A DNA stretch of 64,000 nucleotides from Camelus ferus (taxonomy: Eukaryota), in contig NC_045696.1 in the NCBI RefSeq assembly GCF_009834535.1, positions 26,786,001 through 26,850,000 on the forward strand, written 5' to 3'. The notes under the pieces were generated by a model that saw only the letters and a program-made list of their open reading frames with translations, did no database searches and was not told where the DNA came from. The translations under genes were made by a program, and so were the position numbers. This document shows, piece after piece, positions 12,549-25,280 of the stretch. The stretch's first letter is position 1. Each line of letters starts with the position of its first letter.

Positions 12549-13062
12549 TGTCATAGGGAAGAACAAATGAGACTCCATATTAGATCTGTTCCTTTAGCCC
12601 TAACCCTGGGCTCCGTTTCCTGTGCTTAGTCACGCTGGTTCTGCACCTTCTGTAAGAGAATGTTGCCTATGGCCTGAAATACACAGAATGCCCATCCTCA
12701 AGGGTCTGATCTTAAGGTATAACACTTAAGGGTATGACCCTTAAGGTATAACATTTTTCCATTCATATAGAGATAAGAAGTTGCAGAACAGAGGATACCA
12801 TTTGTCTTGTTGGAGGTTTACTGGAACATCGTGATGGCTGCAAGAACAAAGGATTCCCACACCAAGAAGTTTGCAACAACCAACCACACCTTCTTTCCTT
12901 TTAGTATAAAAGGAGCCTGAATTCTGACTTGAGGAAGATGGCTCTCCAGGACATTAGTCTGCTGGCCTTCTGAATAAAGTTGTTATTCCTTGCCCCAACA
13001 CCTCATCTCATGATGTATTGGCCTGGCATGTGACCAGCACAATGAATTTGGACTCAGTAACA
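12549..13062 (+). mobile_element. ERV1-class solo LTR (~514 bp)
   Basis: TG...gtaaCA ends; TATA gtataaaa near 12904; aataaa near 12973; flanks share (a)cttt with a one-base ambiguity; internal ~27-bp tandem duplication at ~12700-12753. Confidence 0.85.
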
Positions 13063-13169
13063 CTTTGAGGTGGATACTGTCTCATCTGTTTCCCAATTTT
13101 ACATCAAAATTGTTGTTTATACCAGGCAAGTCCCAAGAACATGCATCTGATTTTCTTCTGTTGTATTTT

Positions 13170-13805
13170 GTTTTAATATACCTTATTTTTAAAGAGCAGT
13201 TTTAGGTTCACAGGAAAACTGAGCAGAAGATAAAGAGATTTCCCAGCTATCCACTGCCTCCACACATTGCCAGTCCCTCCTTTATCAACATCCTCCACCA
13301 GAAAGGTACATTTGTCACAACTGATGGGTTTACACTGACATTTCATTATCACCTAAATTCCATAGTTCACATTGGGGCTCACTCTTGGTGTTGTACATTC
13401 TATGGGTTTTGACAAATGTATAATGATACATACCTACCATTAGAGTATCACACAGCATAGTTTCACTGCCCTAAAAATATCTGTGCTCGGCCCACTCATC
13501 CCTTCCTCCCTCCTAACCCATGGAAACCACTGATCTTTTTACTGTCTCTATAGTTTTTTTTTCCTTTTCCAGAATATAGTTTCTTTTCCAGTTATATAGT
13601 TGGAATCATGCAGCATGTAGCCTTTTCAGACTGGATTCTTACTTAGTAATATGTACTTAAGATTTTATCTTGTCTTTTCATGGCTTGATAAATCATTTCT
13701 TATCAGTGCTGAATAATATTTCATTGTCTGGATGAAGCACAGTTTATTTAACCATTCACCTACTAAAGAACATCTTGGTTGCTTCTAAATTTTGGAAATT
13801 GTGAA
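13170..13805 (-). mobile_element. L1MC1-like 3' end
   Basis: agagcagttttaggttcacag...ctcactcttggtgttgtacattctatgggttttgacaaatgtataatga, diagnostic of antisense L1MC 3' UTR. Confidence 0.85.
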
Positions 13806-13809
13806 ATTA

Positions 13810-14225
13810 TACTTATGCCATTTTGTTAATTGCTTTCTGGTTGTTTTTGTAGTCCTTCTTTGTTTCTCTGCTCTTCTCTTGCTCTCTTCCCTTGTGATTT
13901 AATGACTATCTTTAGTGTAATGTTTGGATTCCTCTCAATTTTTTTCAGTATCTATTATAGGTTTTGGACTGTGGTTACTATAGGGTTTATATATAGAGTG
14001 ACTGCTATATTTTAAATTGATAATCTCTTAAGCTAGAACACATTCTAACAGCTACATTTTTACTCCCTCAACACATTTTATGTTTTTAACATCATATTAA
14101 ACATCTCTTTATTTTGTGTATCCCTTATTGTAGATACAGATGATTTTACTATGTTTGTCTTTCTCCCCGCTACTAGTTCTGCAAATGCTTGATTTAATAC
14201 CTTTACTATATGTTTATATTTACCT
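13810..14225 (-). mobile_element. L1 inter-ORF region fragment (antisense)
   Basis: tgccattttgttaattgctttctggttgttttt resembles the antisense ORF2-start/spacer region of older L1M elements. Confidence 0.65.
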
Positions 14226-14227
14226 GA

Positions 14228-14855
14228 CATACCTTTAGCAAGATTGACAATTAAAGAAAAGGACTCAAATAAATAAAATAAGAAATGAAAGAAGAGACGT
14301 TACAACTGACACCACAGAAATACAAAGGATCATAAGAGACTATCATAGACAATTACACACCAATAAATTGAACAACTTAGAAGAAATGGATAAATTCCTA
14401 GAAATATATAACCTACAAAGGCTGAATCATAAAAAAATTTAAAAATCTGAACAAATTATTAATAAGTAAATTGAATCAATAATCAAAAAACTCTCAACAA
14501 ACGAAAGTCCAAAACTAGATGATTTCACTGATGAATTCTACCAAACTTTTAGACAAAGAATTGACACCAAGTCTTCTCAAACTTTTCCAAAAATAACAGA
14601 AGAGGAGCAAACAACTTCAAATTCATTTCACCAGGTCAGCATTATCCAGATACTAAAACCAGACAAGGAAACCACAAGAAAAAAATTACAGGTCAATATT
14701 CATGATGAACATAGATGCAGATATCTTCAACAAATTATTAAAAAAATTGACTTAATATAAAACGAATCACTTACCATAATCAAGTAGGATTTATTCCAGA
14801 GATGCAAGAATTGTTCAGCATCTATAAAAATAAACAGTCATATTCACAAAATGAA
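14228..14855 (+). mobile_element. Decayed L1 ORF2 fragment (upstream of and into the RT domain)
   Basis: Encodes PLARL..., TTDTTEIQRIIRDY, LEEMDKFLE, DDFTDEFYQTF, HNQVGFIPEMQE with frameshifts. Confidence 0.9.
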
Positions 14856-15817
14856 CACATACGAATGGCCAATAGGCACATGAAAAAATGTTAATTATTG
14901 CTAATTATCAGAGAAATGCTAATCAAAACTAAAATGAGGTTATCACCTCACATCAGTCAAAATGGCCATCATTCAAAAGTCCACAAACAATCAACGCTGG
15001 AGAGGGCATGGAGAAAAGGGAACCCTCCTACACTGCTGGTGGGAATGCAGTTTGGTGCAGCCATTGTGGAAAACAGTATGGGGACTCCTCAAAAGACTGA
15101 AAATAGACTTACCATATGATCCAGCAATCCCACCCCTGGGCATAAATCCAGAGGGAACCTTAATTCAAAAAGATACCTGCACCCCAATGTTCATAGCAGC
15201 ACTATTTACAATAGTCAAGACATGGAAACAACCTAAATGCCCATCAACAGATGACTGGATAAAGAAGTTATGGTATATTTATACAATGGAATATTACTCA
15301 GTCATAAAAAATAATAAAATGATGCCATTTGCAGCAACATGGATGGCCCTGGAGAATGTCATTCTAAGTGAAGTAAGCCAGAAAGAGAAAGAAAAATACC
15401 ATATGATATCACTCATATGTGGAATCTAAAAAAAAAAAAAAGATAAATGAACTTATTTATTAAAAAGAAACAGACTCACAGACATAGAAAACAGAAACAG
15501 ACTCACAGATAAAGAAAACAAACTTAGGGTTACCGAGGGGAAGGAGTTGGGAAGGAATAAATTGGGAGTTCAAGATTTGCAGATACTGACTGGTATATAT
15601 AAAATAGATAAACAAGTTTATACTGTATAGTACAGGGAATTATATTTGATATCTTGTAGTAGCTCATGGTGAAAAAGAATATGAAAATGAATATATGTGT
15701 TTTCATGTATGACTGAAGCATTGTGCTGTACACCAGAAATTGACACAACATTGTAAACTGACTACACTTCAATTAAAAAAAGGTAAAAAAAAAAATTAAA
15801 AATGTAAATTAAAAAAA
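14856..15817 (+). mobile_element. Younger L1 3' end (ORF2 C-terminus, 3' UTR, poly-A)
   Basis: ORF 14962-15429 ([13 protein letters not shown]...QPLWK...TWKQPKCPS...YTMEYYS) is the L1 ORF2 C-terminus; cetartiodactyl-type 3' UTR; A-rich tail; 27-bp tandem duplication at 15466-15519. Confidence 0.95.
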
Positions 15818-16368
15818 CCTTCAGTTTCCTAATTCTTCCAAGGCCTTGTATTCATTTTGTATCAATAATGTTGTATTCTTTTTGTAAAGAGAGGCTCCCA
15901 AGGTATATAAATTCAGGCTCTAAAAGACCTGGATCCATCACCCCTGGCCTAGGTGTTTACAACTCTCACTTAAAATGCACAGAGAACGTGTGTGCTAGAA
16001 AAGGCTGTTGCCTGTTGGTAATACTTCTGTCCACTGAGAAAGTGTTGTAATGAGTAGTGGTGTAAACTCTAATAATGTTTTTTGGCTAGAATATAAAATT
16101 TATTTTAAAACTAGAATAAATAATAATTAAACATGAAAAGGAGATGTTTTAAAATATATTTCAAATGCAATGTCCCCAACATTTCTTTTAAAATAGAAAC
16201 TTGGAATAGACAATGTCTAATTTAATACAGTCTACTGGGTGAGCTCCACATAGCAGTGTCCTTTTTCTCTAATAAAATCCACTGTCTTACTCGCAATCGC
16301 CTTCAGTTGACATCTATGCATCCAACAACCTAAGATTATTTTTATGATATTAAAATTGTGTTTATTTT

Positions 16369-16470
16369 AAAAAAATTTTTAAATTTATTTTTGGAGGAGG
16401 TACTGGGGATTGAACCCATGACCTCGTGCATGCTAAGCATGCACTCTACCACTGAGCTATACTCTCCCCC
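16369..16470 (-). mobile_element. Short tRNA-Ala(AGC)-derived SINE (Vic-1 type)
   Basis: Reverse complement reads ggggagagtatagctcagtggtagagtgcatgcttagcatgcacgaggtcatgggttcaatccccagtacctcc plus an A-rich tail; TSD-like aaaattgtgtttatttt / aaaattttctttatttt. Confidence 0.9.
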
Positions 16471-17129
16471 AAAATTTTCTTTATTTTTAAGTGGACTTTA
16501 ATATGTACATCTGAGAAACTGTTGATAAATACAGATTTCTTTCATAATTCAGAAAAATACAGTTATAGCCATCTTCTCTGAAGACAAAAACTTAAATCTG
16601 GATCTATTCAGTAAGATGATTTTTAAATTAATTCTTTCCATATATTCTTTCGGTGGTATATAAACACAGTTCTCTCTCTTCTCACTAAGCTTTGAGTTTA
16701 AAAGATGAGTATTTAACACTTAAGGCAACAATAATAATCATTTCATTTCTTCAGTTCCATTAAGATGACAAAAATGTTATCAAGCAGAATATACATGCCC
16801 TTCAGAGTGCTTGCTATTTCTGGCCTAATTTATTTTTTAATTAGAAAGTCTATCAGTTAGTCATATCAATGGAATAATTTCTAGCCCAAGTTAGATACTT
16901 ATCATTAATCTGATAAATCCAGTAAGTAACCTTGGAAACATTGTCATGTGTATTTATTCCATTTTATTTTAAAATACTCGGAAATGTATTCTAGTCTAGG
17001 CAGAAAACATACTTGAGGTTTTAAAACAAAATACACTAACTTTTCCAAATTTAACTCAAATGTTTTTATGTAGTCTCTTAAAATATGTTACATTTTCACC
17101 TAAAAAAATGGGTTGACAGCCAGATCTTT

Positions 17130-17860
17130 GTTTCTAACACCGTTTTCCAACTAAAGAGGAAATGGCTGATTCTACGCCTGGGGTTGGAAATACATAGAAT
17201 GTGTCCAGAGCATCTTATAGTGCCAGGAAGTAAGGAAGTGCTCAAAACATACACACAGTCACAGAAGCAAGCTGAAAAGATACCACCTGTGCCACAAAGC
17301 CTCTTCATTACAGAGCCTGCAGGTTCCCTACGTGACACCAGGAGTGGCTAAAGAATCTTTCGCACACATGCACGGCACACATGCACGCTCACACACAATA
17401 GCAGCACATCAAAGGAAAAGAGCAACCAACCAAGACAGCACCCAAGGGCCAAAGCTGAAATGATGCCAGCAACACAGAAGTAGTCTAATATGATAAGCCA
17501 TCACATAAAATATCTGTCTCCATACTGGTGTAAATATATACATAAATACATGGGGAAGAATAGATAAATCTCCCTTATAGGAGAATCCCCAGTTATTTAT
17601 GTACATATTCCACCCTCAGGAAGGAGGAATGTAACTCCCTGTTCATGGAATGTGAGCTGAACATAGTGACTTAACTCTAAAAAGAACGTCCTGGAAAGAG
17701 AGGGAAGGGGGAGTAACTAACATTACAGCAGAGAAACCTGACACCACCACCTCGGTCAGGTGATCAAAATTAATTTCAAAAATAACTTATGTTGACAGTA
17801 TGTATCTTTGATACGTTGTGATGAGAATGGCATCTTACCTCTGTGGTGTTCCTCCCCAAG
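17130..17860 (+). mobile_element. L1MC3/L1MD-like 3' UTR
   Basis: gagcatcttatagtgccaggaagtaaggaagtgctcaaa; gagaaacctgac...ggtgatcaa; tgatgagaatggcatcttacctctgtggt. Confidence 0.8.
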
Positions 17861-18249
17861 GTAGTTCTTTAATAAATATTTCACAAAAATCTCAAATTCT
17901 ATTTTAAATAGAGCTGTCACTTTCTATTTCTCTTCTCTTCTACCTCCTCATCTTTATGTAGTTTACAGTTTATTTCACAGCAGCATGTTCAAATTGCAAA
18001 AAGATAATCTATATAAATTAGATTAAATAAGATCAAAGATTTGAGATTGATATAATGTTGGGTAGAAAGTAATAGCTTCTGAAAATAGGAATATTGAGTG
18101 AAAGAAACGTAAAGGGATGAAAGACAAAGCAAGAAAGAAACAAAATGTCTAAGGTACAGTGTTATTTGTTATTCTATATGCATTATATCATATTATAATT
18201 CATAATTAATATATGGTGGTCAAATGGCCCATAATATATACAAAATTAC

Positions 18250-18870
18250 TCAATTCCATTAGACATCATGGAATTGCCAACAATTAAAAAATGTGATACC
18301 AGTATTCATCCCCCAGAATAGCAAAACGAAAAAGTCAGACAAAACCAACTCTTGGTAAGGTCATGAAACAACTGTGACTCCCCTATAATGCTACTGGGGA
18401 GGGGTAGGTATAAATTGCACCAACCATTTGGAAACCTTATTTTTTTTTTTTTGCCAAAATCTACTAATGGTAAAGATATGCATACCTTATGACTGAGTAA
18501 TTTCACTCCTAGAAATACACCAATCAGAAAGGTAAACAAGAGTTCACTAAAGGACAAGTTCTAGGGTGTTCATAGCCATACTATTAGTAACCAAAACCTG
18601 GAAACCCCCCAAGAGCAGAACAAACAAATACATTGTGGTATATGCATAAGATGGAATATTGTGCAATGATAATTAACTATCACAGTACACAAAATAAAGG
18701 TGTATTTTACAAACAAGTTGAAAAGAAGATCCACACACAAAATTATATACCATATGATTCCACTTACAAAAAGTACAAAAGCAGGTGAAACTAATTTATG
18801 TTATTAGAAGACATCAGAATAATTAAAATCTATTATCATTTTTGGTGGCCCAGGTGGAGGGGTAGATTAA
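18250..18870 (+). mobile_element. L1ME-like ORF2 end / 3' UTR
   Basis: caaccatttggaaac, aatttcactcctagaaatacacc, aaatacattgtggtatatgcat, tatgattccactta. Confidence 0.75.
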
Positions 18871-19799
18871 GAGAATCAGGCTTACAAAGACAAAGTAACA
18901 GACCTGATATTCAAACAACTGTTTGCTCATAAAACCTGTGTCCTTAATCATGAAATGTAGTAGGATGTAGGATGAAGGGCAGCTTCTGAGAGCAGGTTTA
19001 AGAGTAAATTCAATGTGTGAAAACTCAGGAGCTTTATACTTATAAGGTGTCTTCTTTTCTTTCTTCATGTCTACGATTTAACAACAACAACAACAAAACT
19101 GTTGTCAAGCCACCTGGCTTGAGTGACAGTCTTCTGTCTCATCATATGATTACATATACATTCAGATTATTTTTTCCCAACTTCCACTTATTTTTGCACC
19201 TCATCGTGAATTTGTTAGGTTAATCAATACAACCCTAGGCATGAAGAGAAAAATTTTACATGAATAAATGTATAATAATGATCATAATTTCAAAATATAT
19301 TTTTATATTTACTCTGCCAAATCTCTCACTCTATAACTTGTTTCCCACATATACACCACTTACCAATTTAGAATTATCTTTTATGAGGATATAGACAAAA
19401 ATCAGACATTTTCCAGGTTTTTTTTAGATCTTTAATACATGAGTATAAGTCCCTGTTTGAAAGTTAAAGATCTATTACACATGTCTGTAACCGCAGCCTT
19501 TTTAACAAAAACCCCAAGAAACAACATCACAAAGTAATTGACTACAGGGGTAGCACTAAGAAAAGGTGATAAGCATGCTAACAAAACACTTCTATGTTTC
19601 AGCTAAATATTGCTCATCAACTTGAATTCTACTTCTTGGACTTAATAACTTAAAGCGTTTCATAGTAATAAATCTAACCAAATACCAAAGAATAAACAAG
19701 CACAAAAATTAGAGTGACCACAGGACTTCCTAGGTATACATAGCAGGTTAAGAGTTTATCGGTGAATCTTAGGCAGTCAAACATCAATAATGCTTTACT

Positions 19800-20005
19800 C
19801 CCTGCTTAGCAGGTAACAGACACTGTGCTAAATACTTCATAAACATTATCTTATTTAAATCTTACAAACCTTTGTGATAATCTATTAGGACATTTTTTTG
19901 TTAGTGGAAGGAGGTAGATTAAGACAGTAAGACTCACAAAGATAAGTGACAGACTTCTGACCTGGTATTTATATACGTTTTTTGCTTGTAAAAGCTAGGT
20001 CCTAC
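19800..20005 (-). mobile_element. MIR
   Basis: cagacactgtgctaaatacttcataaacattatcttatttaaatcttacaaacc. Confidence 0.7.
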
Positions 20006-21199
20006 TCAGCGAATTTATCCACTGATGATATTCATTTCCTTCAAAAAAGTAGTGGTCATATGAACAAAACAGAAATGTTTCATGTCTTCGTGAAATTTGA
20101 ATTCTAATGAGATTACTGTTTTTGGACACCTAATAAGTATGAACCTAAGACTGAACAATAGACTAATGAGTACTGTCTAAATTAAGGTGGTTTTTTCTTT
20201 TGATATAAACAAGTAGATATTTACTAGCCTGGAAACATACTTGCCATATCTGTTATTCTTAAATATAGTTATGCTGGTAATCATCAATTAAAAATGAACA
20301 TTGCCTATTTCTGTGATTGTTGTTTGCTACAATAAACAAAAGAATGTAAAAATCACTTCAAAGCTTACCCTTCAGTTATACCTATCGTGACTATGTTGGC
20401 GGACGTTCCTTCAGACACATTCCAATGACTCTACTAATACACTTCCATATTTTTAATGGTGCTACATAGTCCGTTATATTGACACATTTTTTTTTCTTTT
20501 TTTGAGGAGGGCAGGGGGTGCTCCTATAAACAAGTCTGCAACATAAACATCGCTGTGAGGTTTTATGCAATCACCTCCCTAGCGCCACGTTTTATTATCC
20601 TTAGCGCAGTGCATAGAAAACAGTAGCATCGTAGCTCCAAGAAAAATACAGTAACAACTTCTCACCTCTCTAAGCTGACTACAGACCTCCTAGGGGCCTT
20701 GCCCTGGCAGCCTGTGGTTCCCTGCATGGACTGGCCCTGAATGCCCTGCTCAGGAATTCCACAGACAGGTCTCAGCAAATGCAATCACATCAGTTGGCCT
20801 GCATGTATCCACTATTACCTGGACCATGCCTGAGAAAAAGCCATCGGTCTTTTTGAGAGCACCTATGGGCAATCCTTTTTAACGGTATATTCAAAAAAAC
20901 TAACCACATGTTCACATTCCAAACTAGTGGCCTAAAGTCATCTCTTGTTTTACAACCTTTTTTAAACTTAAGGCCAAAGAATTCATCTAACGTATGGGAC
21001 AGCCTAGTAACAAAGGGGAAAAAAATCTCAGAAAATTGTGGATGAAAGGGGATCTCAGAACTCCCAGAAAAAATATTTTCTCAGAATCCCTACCAAATAT
21101 CCACTGTGTAGGTAGCTGTGATGATTAACTGACGTGATAAAATTCTTAGCTCCATGTCTGATGTAATGAAATCAATAAATGTTAACTATTACTACTACA

Positions 21200-21985
21200 T
21201 TTTCTCAGCTTCTCCATATATTTCCTTTACCTGCTTCCTTTAACTGAAAATTGTGCTCTCAGGAATTTCCCTGGCTGCCTGTGTGTTTTCTTCCCGTAAA
21301 GTCTTGTCATTTCGACTGCCAAAAAATACTGTTTATCCATTTCTTAACCAAATTCATCCCAACATCCCAACATTCCAATTCAAACATCAAGTATCTCACA
21401 TGTGAATTACTCTAATGACTCCTCTCTGGTCTCCCTACATCTACTCGAATTCCCTTTTAATTCTGCTATCTATGGAGAGGCATAATGATGTCTTCAAATG
21501 CATGTCTGACCAGGTATATTTATTGCTTAACTCTGCTCAGTGACTTCCCTTTGCTATAGGGTGAAGTACGTATCTTTACCATGGCCCTTCTCTTATCATC
21601 TCTCCTTCAGCCATCCTGGCCTTCCATTAGGTCCTCCAGGGCTCCAGGGACCTTCTCTTGACAGCCTAGAAAATGCCATTATCTGTCTCTGGAAACCCCA
21701 CCTCCCAAATGGATCTCTCTCCCCACCATGCCTTTTATGTTTCAAATTTAAGTGTGGAGGATTTTTTTGGTCCCCATTCCCACCTTCTAATTAGGCCAAG
21801 ATTCTTGCCATCAATTTTTTCTTCTGTGTTTGTTTTGCCTCGTATCAGATTTCCAGGCTCCCATCTCTGAGTTCCATCAGTGTTAGACCCACATCTCCCT
21901 TCCTGCGTGCCTCCCCACCTAGTTCAGTTCAGGGCAAACAGCAAATGCTCAAAACTACCCACCTGAAGAATAAATAAAAGTTGAA
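21200..21985 (+). mobile_element. LINE-2 fragment
   Basis: Pyrimidine-rich L2 text (ctcctctctggtctccct; ctcagtgacttcccttt); tail cagcaaatgctcaa. Confidence 0.55.
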
Positions 21986-22246
21986 AAAGTTAGATATTTG
22001 GAAGTCAAAGCAACTTATTTATGTATTGGTATTGTATCAGTTTCTTCAGAATGGTCTATGGTGAAAACAATATTTATATATTTACAAAAGCTGGAATAAC
22101 TTAATACTAAAACAACCCATCATCTGTTATATAAACGCCTATCATTACTTAGCACATAAGAGAAAAGGTAATTTTAAGAAAACTGAACATTTGTCTACTC
22201 CAAAATGCTGTATGCTCATTTCAACATAAATGGGATGGGATATTTC

Positions 22247-22361
22247 TAATGAAAAAGAATACGAAAAGGAATATATGTATGTATATGTATGACTGAAGCA
22301 TTATGCTGTACACCAGAAATTAGCACATTGTAAACTGACTATACTTCAATTAAAAAAAAAA
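22247..22361 (+). mobile_element. Severely 5'-truncated L1 3' tail
   Basis: Closely matches 15670-15780 in this window (gtatgactgaagcatt.tgctgtacaccagaaatt...cattgtaaactgacta.acttcaattaaaa). Confidence 0.9.
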
Positions 22362-22419
22362 TCTCTATAACCCACAATAAAATACCTTATGTATTTGTCT
22401 GAAGATTAAGGCAAATTAA

Positions 22420-22472
22420 ATATGTACGTATGTGTGTGTGTGTGTGTATATATATGTGTGTGTATATATATA
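22420..22472. repeat. (TG)n/(TA)n compound microsatellite
   Basis: tgtgtgtgtgtgtgtgtatatatatgtgtgtgtatatata. Confidence 0.9.
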
Positions 22473-22480
22473 AATGAAGT

Positions 22481-22866
22481 TGTATCAGATTGCTGGGGTT
22501 GCCATAACAAAATATTGTAGACTGAGTAAGTTAAACAAGAGAAATTAATTTTCTCACAGTTCTGGAGGCTGGAAATCCAAGATTAAGGTTTTGGCAAATT
22601 GGATTTCTCCTGCGGCCTCTCTCCTTGGCTTGCAGACAGCTGCTTTCTCACTATGTCCTTATGGGACCTTTTCGCTGTGCAGTCAAGTGTCTGGTGTCTC
22701 TTCCTCTCCTTTATAAGGACACCAGTTATACTGAATTAGGGCCCCATCCTTATGACCTCATTTAGCCTTAATTATCTTTTTAAAGGTCTTATCTCCAAAT
22801 ATACTCACATCGGTGGTTACAGCTTCAACATATGAAGTTGGGGGAGACACAATTCAGTCTGTAACA
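22481..22866 (-). mobile_element. MaLR solo LTR (MLT1B-like)
   Basis: TG...CA ends; TSD gaagt/gaagc; ctcacagttctggaggctggaa, ttataaggacaccagt, acacaattcagtctgtaaca. Confidence 0.9.
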
Positions 22867-24534
22867 GAAGCCCAAATTCTCTTAACTCAGATTATTACCA
22901 CTAATAGAAAAAAATCCACCTGAGTAGCAAAAGAGTGCTGTTGGTTTACGAGTACGCTATTGACGCCTGTCATGTTTATAAGACCCAGCAGAATTCATTT
23001 TTTGTGGTTGTGCAATGATAATGACAAACTCCCCTCATTACTATTGTACCTGGGTTTTTGAGAACATAAATTTATTTTTTCAAGAAACTCAGCAGATCAA
23101 TGCTGTAAATTATTATTACTGTTCCTATGTGCAGACCACCCCCTAGGGCCAAAGAAACTGTGTGTCATTTTTTTTTTTCTTCCTGTCACCCTCTTTTGAC
23201 CCTTGGAGCTCAGCTGTCCTCTAGGGTTTACAGTGTGAAAGCTGACAAAGTAACATATGTTAGAGCTAAGTTTAACAGTGTGGCTGCCATTCACTGCCTG
23301 TAAAACAAACATTTCTAGTTAAAATTAAAGACACATTTTATGTAAAATTTTTACAGTGATTTCATATTTTTAAAAATTAAATATATTTCTTTATTAACTG
23401 CTGCTTTCACATCTCCTGATAACTAGACTGTACATCACATCAAAATTTAATGGTTATTTATTTACTTAGTGAAATATTACTCTTTAGAATAACAGATTTC
23501 TATCCCTACAGCCATATTTTATATTCCCCTAGTGTTTTCCCAGTTGAATTTCCAATCCTCACTCCTAGACATCTTAACCTTAATCATGTTCATTTCCGTT
23601 CTGTGCTCTGAATACAAATAGCTCATTTTGCAACACAAGCATATAAATAATTTCATCTTTTTCTTCTTCTTACCAAACAAGTTCTTATTTTGCAAATCCA
23701 CCTTCCACCTATAACCCTGGTTTAGATTCCTTTTCTACATGATCATTAAGCAGTTGTGAACATATGTATTATGTTTTAGCCTCTGTAACAACACCTCTTC
23801 TACGTCTTTAAAGAAAGAAATCTCCCCTAACTTAGGAATAATTATTTTACCATTCTGACGATCATCCCAACTCTAATTCTACGTCTCTTAAAATGCCATT
23901 TTTGATTCTTACCTTTGGAGAATAAAGTCTATTTAATCCACTCCTCTAGGTGGAAGAATCTAAATGTCTATTCAAACAACAGTAAAGATTATTTTTATCA
24001 TTTGTTCCTGTTCTTCACGTTTGCAAAAGCTGGGAGGGAGATGAGGAGGGAGATCCAAAGGCAGTGCCATCTCCAGAGATGTGCGCTCAGTTTGGGAATG
24101 TCTTTGTGATGTTGCAAATTTCAGGTAACACATAAGGTGGGTCTGGGAGGCACCAGACCATAGTGCTGGGATGCCCAAATGTTTAATTCTTGAGGATACT
24201 CCCACAATAGGAAAAAAAAATGAGTTCCCTAGAGATTTATATGTTTAATATGCATTTATAAAGAGCTACATAATAAACTCGATAACATTCAGTAATTTTG
24301 AAATAGAATTGTATGCCATTAGACAGTAGCATCTATATACTTTTGACAGTCTGCACATATGTGGAAAGGATATATCACATACTCGGTCAACTGGCTATAC
24401 CTTCTATGTATCTGGGGTCTTATAACCCCTGCAACAGTGACTGAGTTCTTCTCCTCATTCACTCCTTCAGATTCAAAGGCCACAACTTGGAAACCAGTGG
24501 GAGTGATAAGAGATCTGCATTATATGCTCTCCTT

Positions 24535-24662
24535 TGGCTGTGTAATTTAGGGCAAGTCACTTAGCCTCTTAGGCCACTGGGCTTTGTGAGGCTTCAAATT
24601 AAATATGATAATGTGTAAAAAGGACTCTATGCACTGTCGAACAGGACAGAAATGCAAAGTAT
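24535..24662 (+). mobile_element. MIR fragment, 3' end split by an LTR
   Basis: gctgtgtaatttagggcaagtcacttagcctct; gataatgtgtaaaa. Confidence 0.65.
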
Positions 24663-25280
24663 TGTTACCAGAGAGTAGGTTCTTGTCTCACTCAGTAAAG
24701 AATTCAAGAGCATGATACAGGAAGGTGAAAGCAAGTTTATTTAGAGAGATATACATTCCACAGACAGAATGTAGTTCATCTTAGAAGGGAGAGCAGCCCC
24801 AGAGCATGGGGTCATCCAGGAAAGTGAGATCGGCCCTAGGGGATATAGATCCCATAGTAAAACGGAAGTAGATTTATCCAAGGAGGTACACACTGCATAG
24901 CAGAGTGTGACCCATCTCAGAAGGCAAGAGAGGCCCTGGGGTGTGGGATCGTTAGTTTTTATGGGCTGGGTAATTTCATACACTAACAAGTGGGAGGATT
25001 ATTCCAACTGTTTTGCGGAAGGGGTGGGGATTTCCAGGAATTGGGCCCCCACCCACTTCTTGGCCTTTTATGGGCAGCCTGGGAACTGTGATGGTGCCTG
25101 TGGGTCTGTCATTAGGCATGCTAATATATTACAGTGAGCCTATAATGAGGCTCAAGGTCTACTGGAATTCAAATCTTCCTCCATCTTGGGCCTTGCTGGG
25201 TCTAACCAGTTTACGTCCTATCCTCAATGGCTGTGTCATTCTTTTGATGGTTGTCCCCTGCCCGCTTCCCTCCTATCTCA
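24663..25280 (-). mobile_element. MER41-like ERV1 solo LTR (618 bp)
   Basis: TG...CA ends; perfect TSD gtat; minus strand has ccaagatgg, ctcattata, attagcatgc and ttcctggaaatccccacccc in the same order as the recalled MER41 consensus; tttatt at 24737. Confidence 0.88.

Noticed and set aside
14962..15429. 155-aa ORF as a host gene
   Set aside because: It is the LINE-1 ORF2 C-terminus of a truncated copy.
20380..20640. Small CpG cluster with repeated tagcgc
   Set aside because: Too few CpGs and no coherent motif set.
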